A stretch of 20,000 bases of DNA from an uncultured virus (IMG/VR IMGVR_UViG_3300025632_000002) (taxonomy: Duplodnaviria > Heunggongvirae > Uroviricota > Caudoviricetes > Crassvirales). The DNA lies in IMG/VR virus record IMGVR_UViG_3300025632_000002; one strand, written 5' to 3'. The position numbers were made by a program, and so were the translations under genes. Below the pieces are notes generated by a model. The model did no database searches and had not been told where the DNA came from. It saw only the letters and a list, made by a program, of their open reading frames with translations. Positions within the stretch are counted from its first letter, which is position 1, and each line of letters opens with the position of its first letter. This document shows positions 1 through 9,100 of the stretch, piece after piece.

Positions 1-171
1 GTTACAAACCCCGTTACAGGGGAATCGGTAGAGATTAGAACTTCGGATAGCGAAACCGCTAAAAACAACTTATTGTCATTCATAAATAGCCAGGTAGCGA
101 CAGCAGAGGATATAATGAGAGTAAATTTGCAGTCAGGAGGAGCGGGAACTATAGACTACGGCAACCTATAA
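1..171 (+). CDS. 3' end of upstream gene (partial), possibly a virion/internal virion protein
   Basis: Frame 1 is open from the window edge (VTNPVTGESVEIRTSDSETAKNNLLSFINSQVATAEDIMRVNLQSGGAGTIDYGNL) to TAA at 169-171, 11 nt before the giant gene ATG. The function is inferred from context only. Confidence 0.7.
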   Translation, partial: VTNPVTGESVEIRTSDSETAKNNLLSFINSQVATAEDIMRVNLQSGGAGTIDYGNL

Positions 172-182
172 TTAACTAAGAG

Positions 183-3100
183 ATGAACGAACAGGTAATT
201 GACGACTTATATGCGCGAGCCTTACAGAGTGGTTACAAGAAAGGACGTGCTGATTTCGTTCAATTGATACAATCAAATGAAGATGTATTCAATGATATGT
301 ATCAGTATGTTCAGTCTAAGGGATATGCTAAAGACGCTCAAAGTTTCTCCTCACTTGTAGGAAAGCGAACCGCCCCCACTGTAAAAAAAAAAGTTACGGC
401 ATCCGTATCGGAGCCTGGTTCTTTGGTCTCACCAGAGCCTGAAGTTCCTGTTGAGACAGCTATTGCCCCAGCGACTGAAGCTGCTGAACCAGCGACTACC
501 CTAACGGGAGCGGCTGACCCTGACTTTTTTGAGGAGCGTATGGAAATGATTTCGCCTCAACTTATCGACCGAGGCGATGAGGACGAAGTGGCTCAAGAGC
601 TTACCGATGTGTTTAAGCCTTACGGATTTGAGGTTGAGCCCGCTGGTATAGGAGATGCTATAAAGGTAACCGCAGGCAATGGGAAGTCTATTGAGGTTGA
701 CCTTGACCCATTTGAGATGCCTAAGATTCTAAGCCCCTTTGGCCTAGACTTCAATACCGAAACCGAGACCGCTGAAGCAAAAAAGCTACAAGACTTTTTA
801 AGGGAAAACAGGCAGGAAGGATTAGACGCTCCCCGCAGGTTTGTAACCAATAAGCAACGAGACGATGAGGTAAAGCGCATTAATCAAAAGCAAAAAGAAA
901 TAAACCGCTCCGCTCAAGACTACCTTAAAAGAAAACTAGAATTTCAAAATAAATACCCTCAGTTTTTAACCTATGACCCAGAGTATATAAAAAACAACCC
1001 CGAGGAGTACCAGAGGTTTTTGAATGATAGAGACAGCCTCGAAAAAGAACGAGAGTTTCTAGTTGAAATAGACCAAAAGGCAAAAGAAGAAGGGGCTCAG
1101 CTAGATAGGCTAGCGGGAGAGTATACTGAGATGTTAGCCCAAAGAGGTTACTGGAGTGGAGGTGTGTTTAGAAATGAATTTATTCAAGGCATCGCTGAAA
1201 TTGTGGCTGGCGCAAAGGACTTTGCTTTAGATACAGCCTACGACCCTAAGTTTCTTATGGAGACTGACCCCGAGTTCTTTAGGGATAACTACCTAAAAGA
1301 AGCTGCGGACAAGGGCTATGACGTTCCGTCTGCGTCTGATATGACGGTTGATGAATTTAAAGCTTGGATGAAAACCGACAAGGGTATCCCAGCAAAGGAA
1401 AGCATAGCTATACAGACTAGTATAGTAGACACTAAGCTCAAGAGGCGCAAGCGCGGAGAACCAATTGATTACGAAGAAGCCTTAAACGCATACTCTCAAT
1501 ACGCTACCTCTAAAAATATGGAGGTAACGGACGGCGAGCTTGCCGCTTTACGTCGCGGGCTTGACTTCTTGAAAGACCCCGAGTCTACTCCCGAAGCCGC
1601 AGACTTGATGTACGAGTCGTTTTGGGGCGGCGCTTTGTTAGGCGTTACTCGTTCGCTTCCAGCTATACTAGTCCCAGGTGGCTTTATTACTCGTACAGCG
1701 GCTATGTACTCTCAAATAAGCAGCGCCTTAGAGCAAGAGATGGCTAAAGACCCTGACTTTCGGGATATATCTGAAGCTGAGAGGTTTCGATTGAAATTAG
1801 CTATTGGCTCTGCGTCTTCGGTTTTAGAATCCTTGGGTGTTAGGAATGTTCTAAAGCAAAAGGGGTTGCTTACAGGAATCCTTATGAAGGCTTTGAAAAA
1901 AACTCCTGCAAATGTCAAGGGTAAGGCTTTCAATGAAGTCGTTATGCGCGAAATTAATAGCGCTATTGGTCGAGGAGCGTTGGTTGTAACAAGCGCGGGC
2001 TTAGCTGAGTTTGAAACAGGGTTTTTGCAAGAGGGTGTAGACATCGGGTTTAAAAATGTCTACAACGAGATGAAGGGTAGAGATATGTTTGAAACCCCAG
2101 AAGGGGCTAGAGACATATTTGGTCGGATGCTTTATGCGGGAGCTCAAGAGGCTGTGGGTGGTTTTGTACTGGGAACTCCTGGGGCTATCAGCGCAGCGCG
2201 AAGGAGCTATGACTTTACGGCTGTCGATGACGCGACGTTTGAGATGTTTGAAAACGTAAGCTCCCAAACAGCTCGTGGCGAGCTGACTTACCGCCATATG
2301 TTTTATACAAACCTCCAGGCTAGGATTAACCGAGGCGAGATAAGCAAGGCGGATGCACAGCAAGAGATGGACAACCTCGATGAGGTAATCGCCGTCAACC
2401 GAGATATCCCGTCCGACTTAACGGTAAGCCAGAAGAAGAAGGCTTTAGGGATATTACTTAGGAAGAAAGACTTACAGGAACAAATTGAAGGGAAAGACCC
2501 TATCCTTGTTAAACGCCAGCAAGAAGAACTGAACAGCCTTAACAGGGAACTAGACCAGATACTATACGGAACACCAGAAACAGATGCCATTCAAGAGCAA
2601 GGCCCAGAGAGCGTGGATGCACCAGAACCTACCAGAGATAGCGAAGCGGTGGGAGAAGGAGTACCCGACATCGGAGAACCTACCACAGAGGTTGAAGCCC
2701 AAGACGACGTTACGGATGAAGCTCCAGCGCCGACGACGGAAGTCGCGGTAGACGAGGCGCCGACGGAGAAGCAACAAAAAGGATTGCAAAGGAGGATTGA
2801 CAGGAGTAAAAAGGATTTTGCTGCCGCTACAAGTCTTGAAGAAAAAGCTAAAGCCCTTGTTAGGTACCTTAATAGCGTCTCTAACTCCAAGGGTATTGCA
2901 AGTGAAGAGGATGCGGCTTGGTACGAAGCGAATAAAGCTGAGCTAGAAGCTGAGGGATTTGTATTTGATGATATAGGTGATGAACTAGCTGATGGAAAGC
3001 CTGCTGACATCCGCAACGAAGAAACTAGCGATGCTGTTCCTAAAGGGAAAATAATTATAAAGGCTGTAGTCAAACCAGGGCGGGTGGTAGACGGGAAGGC

Positions 3101-6100
3101 AGTCAGCCGACCTACCTACGACGTAATTAGAGGAACAGGAACAACGGCTGCAAGGGATGCCTTAGTTGCTGAATTAAAGGCTTTGGAGGATGAACTAACT
3201 ACAGATAATTTTAATGAAATATCTCCTAAGCTAAAAGCCGCAAGAAAGGCTTTGAAGGATTACGATGATGCTAATTTCCCTTCATCTAAATCTGTTGCCG
3301 CCCCTAAGAAATCAGCCCCTAAGAAAACTGTGTCGGAGCCGACACAAGAGGTGACGGAGGAAGTCGCGGTAGAAGAAACCGTTCCCGTAGAGGTAGAACC
3401 TGTAACCGCTCAAAGCGCGAGATATGCTCAGCTAATCGAGGACACCCCCGATAGTGTAGTTGAGCTGTTCGAGAATTGGACAAAGAGCCTTTTCTCCCCT
3501 GAAATTGAAGCTATTGAAAATAAAGAACCATCTAACAGAACTCGCTCTGAAAGTGCTAAGCTTGCCGCTGTAACCCGTCGAATGAAGAAAGCTTTGGCAG
3601 CAGCAGAGGCGGCGGGTCTAGATAACTCAGCTCAGATAGAGTTGGAGAGGGCTGTTAGGGAGCGGCTTGAAACCCAAGAAGCTGCGGCTGTAGTAGCTGA
3701 AAATGTGTCGGAGCCGACACAAGAGGTGACCGAAGAAGAGCAGGTAGATATTGACGAGTTTTTTGGAGAACAAGACATAGAAGGCGTAGAGAAGGTCTCT
3801 GAGAACCTCGTTATCAACCGCAAGCAAAAAGCTCCCACAGCTGACCCCAAGTCACAGCGGCGAATGAATCGAGTTCGTCAGATGTCGGTCAAGGCAGCGG
3901 CGTCCATAAGGAAGATAGCTCCCGAAGTAAAAATCCTTATTCACGAAAGCCCTGAAGAATATCAGAGATTTGCAGGGGAGCAAACGGCAGGGAATTACAA
4001 CCCCAAGACTAAAACGATTCATATCAACCTCGGCAAAGCGAATCTGTATACGGCGCCTCACGAAGTATTTCACGCTTTGCTTTTGCAAACCATAAGCACT
4101 GATTCCGAAGCTTTAACGGTTTCACGCAAGATGCTCGAGTCGGTACGTAAAGTTGTCGACCCCAATAGCCAAATGGCTAAGGACATAGATGAGTTCGTTG
4201 CTCGCTACGGAGACGCTCCTACCATACAGGACGAAGAGTACCTTGCGCAGCTAACGGGCATCCTTACTGCTGAATATCGTACGCTCAATAAGCCAGCAAA
4301 GAACGCCGTTAAGGATTTTTTACGAAAGCTGGCAAAGATGCTCGGGCTAGAGAAATACTTAGGCCCTGAGTTTCTGAAGACGGACGAGCAGGTCATCGAC
4401 CTTTTGAATACCATCTCTCGGAGGATGTCTGAAGGAGAGTATATCGAGGCAGCTGACGTGCAGGCTATGGGTGATATCCTGTCTGAAGCTACTCCCGCTG
4501 AGCAGGCTCAAGCACAGCGTGAAGTTAGAGACTTCAAACGTAAGGAGAGGGAGAGGAAAGCCACTGAGGAAAACCTTTTAAATAGGAGTCAGGAATACGT
4601 TCAAGACTTTGATGAGTTAGAAAGGCTCAACAATGAAGGCGTTATGTTTCACTTTGGCCCAGTCGATATCCAAGAAGTGATGCCTGAAAAACTTAGGCTA
4701 ATGGTTTCAGGATATGGTATCTACTTTATAGACAAAGCCGAAAGCCCTACAACATATTCTTTGTACGCGAGTCGATATGGAAAAAGGGTTACCCTTGTTG
4801 ATGGAAATGGTATGAATTTAGTTGACTCTGGCTCTAAGATTAGCAAAGAAGAGTTTACCACTCTTATGGACACTTTCAACAAAGAGGTTGCTGCTTTGGA
4901 CGAGGTGAGCCCTGAGATAACCGAGTTGTCTGATTACTTAAACGAGTTAGACTTGGACCTCCAAGGAGCCAATCCTACTTGGTACGAGATGTTAACCACT
5001 ATGTCTCCTGACTTACTGCCTTCTGATAGTGATTTCTTTTTGGGCGGAGTGATTGATAAAGCTTACAACTATACTAATCCTCAGAAGATGTTCATTGCTG
5101 AGGTAACGGCTAAAGCTTTGGGGTATGACGGGGCTACAAGTATAATAGGTAAGGGTAGCATTGAAGAACACAGTGTCGTTAACGTATGGAACTTCGACAA
5201 GGTAAATAAAAATATCATCTCTGACGAGGCAGTTACACCACGTATGCAGGTGGTTCCTCGCCAGCAGGTAGCTGATGCAGCTACATCTATACAGGAATCT
5301 CTGAAGTTTGCAGATAAGAGTTCATTCCCCAACAAGCTTGAGTTTAAGCGAGCTTTACAGGAGCGCTTTGATAACGAGGTGTACCCTCTCATTAAGGAGC
5401 GCTATGGAGTAAAGGACAACCGCTCCAATACCGACCAAGGTCTCAAAGACTATCTCGTTGATGCGTATCTCAACGAGACGCTCACCGCTATCGAAGCGTA
5501 TCCCGACGCTTTGGGATGGTATGACGCTCGTATCACAGGTGCTATGTCGTTGATGGAGAAGCTGCACCCTGAGCTCGCTACCGATAAAGACGCTGCATCT
5601 ACCTTTAAGATTGCATTGGCTATTACATCGAACGGAAACAAGGTATACGACAACTTCGTAGAAGCCAATCGTCAGTATGAATACTTTAAGGAAAACGGTA
5701 AGTTCGATGACACTTACTCTATTGGAGACCAGAGGGCGGGGATACTCTCTACACTAGCCTTTACCAACAAGGCGTTGGAGTCGATGTCTATGGCGGACTT
5801 CACAGCGTTTCTTACTACCAAATACAGGGCGGGCGATTTGAAGTATATGAAGGACGGCAAGAAGACCCCGCTCCTTCCAGGATTCGCTGTTGATGAAGAG
5901 GTTTACGGAGCATCTATCTTTGGTCCTAAGATTGGTAATGGGTTCTTTATGAATCTATATGGCGAGTTCAACCAGCTCACTATGGATAGGTGGTTTATGC
6001 GTCAGTTCGGTCGATTGACGGGAACCCTCATTGATTATGACCAGAAGAAGGTAGACGCGGGAACCAAGCGTTTGAACCGAGCTATCAAAGCTTTGGCTAA

Positions 6101-9100
6101 ACGCAACGCTGCTAAGCTATCTGAGATGATTCCTGGATGGGATAAGATGTCCGCTGAAGAGCTGTCAAGTAAGATTCAGAAGGCTAGTATGGACCTCAAG
6201 AAGAGGGCTACCTTCAAGTCTAACCCTAAGCTCGACGAGGTACGTAAGGCTGGAAATAACTTGAGCAAGCAAGTAAGCGCTGAAGTTGAAGCTCCTCGTA
6301 ACAGCTCACAGCGTAAGTTTATCAACGAGGTCTTTACTGAGTTGCAGGCTAAGCTCAAGAACGATTACGATATTGACATTACGATTGCAGATTTGCAGGC
6401 GGTAAACTGGTATCCAGAGAAGGCTTTATATCAAACATTTAAAGCTGACCAAAGTACGAAGACAGGGAAAGTCGAGACCAGTGACAATGAGCAGCCCGAC
6501 TATGAGAGTGCTGCCAAGAAATTAGTAGAAGAACAGGGCGTATCTAAAAAAGAAATTAAAGAAGATGAAGCAAGACGAAGTAAACAGCTTGAGCGAAACA
6601 CCGCCAATCGAGAAGCTATCGAGCAAAGAGCAGGGGAGCTTAATAAAGATGATATCGAGGCTTCCGAAGTCAAGCGTCTCAAAGACAAAATAATATCCGT
6701 CAAAGAAGACGTCACTTCGTCGGGCCTTGAAGAAGGCGTAGCCCCTCGCCAGCAACTGAGTGATATCGCTACTCCGCTTCCGCGTCAGCAGAAGTCGGTA
6801 CGTGAGGTGGTGCAGCAGGCGAGAGACAATAACTTCAAGGACGCAGCAACCAAAGACTTCCTCAAGCGCAAGGGTGTGCCAACAGCAGACATAGACAAGG
6901 CTATCAAGACCTTGGACGAGGTATACGCCCGAGTGATGAAGGAGATTGACGGCGTCATCACTAAGTCTCAGAAGCGCGGTGTCGACTTCGACACACAACT
7001 GAAGAACGCGCTGGCTTACCTACAAGGCACTAAGCTCTACGAGGATACCACGGATATCCACAGAGAGAAGTTGATGCGTGAGGTACGCGCTAAATTCGAT
7101 AAGAAAGAAAAGCGAGCACCGTCAGCGAAGCGTATCCTTGGAAACATTAAAGACGTCAAGAAGGTGACGCTAAAGGAGAAGGAGGCGCTCAAGATGCAGC
7201 TGAGGCTCGTAGCTAAGACCGCTAAAACCACAGCGAGAGCTTTGGTGGTAGCGAGCAATGAACTGACTAAGTCACTGAAGGAGATGGTCAAGGGTGGTGT
7301 CATCACTGCCAATCAGATGAGCTCTGTCCTGCGTCGGTTCAGCCGAGTGGACCTGTTCAACCCCGCCAGCATCGATAGCTTCTTGGACTATATGGCTAAG
7401 ATATTCGCCGATGCTGAGTACGGAGCGAAGATTGCTAGAATCAAGAAGCTGCTTCCTCGAGCCAAGAAGAATATAAAGTCTAAGATTGGCGTTGCCGACG
7501 TGCTCGGTGACACCCTCACTAAGCTCTTCAATGTCAACCCTACGTTGATACCGATGGAGATGCTTGAGGACTATCAAAATCTCCTTGAGATGATGGGTGC
7601 TGCGAAGAAGGTGCTCCCACTTGCAGACATCAACGATGTAACGGAGGTAGCTAATAAGCTGCTTAACGCGGTATACGAAGAGGTATCGATGGCCGAGGAC
7701 TTGGCCGAGGTATTTGCGAACTACGAGAATAAAGTCATCAAGGACGGCAAGGTAGACTACGCAGCTACCGTTCGCGCTATGATAGCTGACGAGACCATAT
7801 CAGAGGCGGAAGCCACTGTAATGATTAAGTACAAGTCCCGTATCGTAGAGTCTACCACGAAAGAACCTAAGACCGAGGAGGAGCTAGCCGAGGAAAGGGC
7901 TGAGCTTATGTCGGCGGTTGATGCGGCCAAGGTCAACGTCTCGCGTCTCGTTATGGACGAGGAACGAACCTTAGCTCGTCAGCTCGCCAAGCTGATGCGT
8001 ACCGAGGCTATCGAGAGGCTCAGCAACCAGCAGCTAGAGACGCTGCTAGCCGTCATCGACAACATCAACAACGGCTTCGTAACCCACGCGGCCAATAGGT
8101 TGTATGTAAATATGAACGCTTTAAACAATGATAATCAATTGGCAGACTCTTTACAGGAAGCTGACCCGTTATCTATATCAAAGTTTGTAGCCAAGATAAA
8201 AGGTGGCATTACTCAGAATAATAAATTCTTTGAAGCTATCAAGAGACGGCCATTGGCATATATAGATTCATTGTTCGGAGACTTCAAAACTAACCGTATA
8301 TACAACTCTGTATTTAGGCCATTGGCAAAAGCTTTTGACTCTATGAATGTAGAGATTCAAAGAATCGAGGAGCGGTTAGATAATGCAGAAAATGCAGTAA
8401 GAAAGTCTTTTAAACGCAATCCAAATAAAGTTCGCTTGTCATCGTACAAGAGGATGACGTATATGTTACAGCGTGAGTTTGAAGCTAATCCTGATAACGG
8501 ACAGGTAAACCCAGCTGCTGACTTCATCCGAGCTACCATTGACCATATCAATGAAGGGAAGTCTTTCTTCAAGGGCAGAGACGCAGAGATGCTTCAGCAA
8601 ATACTTGACGACTTCGGTGTAAGTGTTAAGGACGCGGACGGAAATGAAGTTATACAGATTGACTCTCAGAAGCTGTACGACTCATTCAATAAAGCAGAGC
8701 GCAATGCGATTGTAGTAGCAGAAGACATAAACAAGTCTCTTGCAAGCAAAGCTTCATTTACAGCAGCAGTAATTCAAGGTAGAAGAGCCGATATATTAAA
8801 CCAGTACGCACACCATAACGTACTGAGTAGTAGCGAGCAAGCTGACAAGTCAACAAGTATATCAGAAATTCAGAAATACAACCAGTCACTTCGGGCCTCT
8901 ACCAAAGCTAAGAATTCAATTGAGCGTACGGGAGCCGTAACTCCATTGAACTTTGATGTGTTAACGTCGGTGTCGCGAGGCGCTAAAATGATGCTAACAG
9001 ACTTCTACCTTACAGACCCTGTACGCACATCACGAAAGACCATATCGAATACGCGTAAAGTTTTAGAGGAAAGGGGCAACGCAACAAAGCAGGACAAAGA

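Larger units (their letters stand above)
2738..3373 (+). repeat. 15-nt direct repeat GGAAGTCGCGGTAGA (2738-2752 and 3359-3373) flanking the GrpE-like module
   Basis: Exact match read from the sequence. Both copies encode EVAV. Confidence 0.8.
3329..3730 (+). repeat. 27-nt exact direct repeat TGTGTCGGAGCCGACACAAGAGGTGAC (3329-3355 and 3704-3730)
   Basis: Exact copies 375 nt apart and in frame (VSEPTQEVT). Each contains the 8-bp-arm palindrome TGTGTCGG-AG-CCGACACA. Confidence 0.9.

Noticed and set aside
3329..3730. 27-nt palindromic direct repeats as a CRISPR mini-array
   Set aside because: Only two copies, 348 nt between them, in frame within a CDS, and no cas genes in the window.
5173..5188. 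GTGTCG-TTAA-CGTATG as another palindrome copy
   Set aside because: The right arm matches only 3 of 6 positions, within chance.
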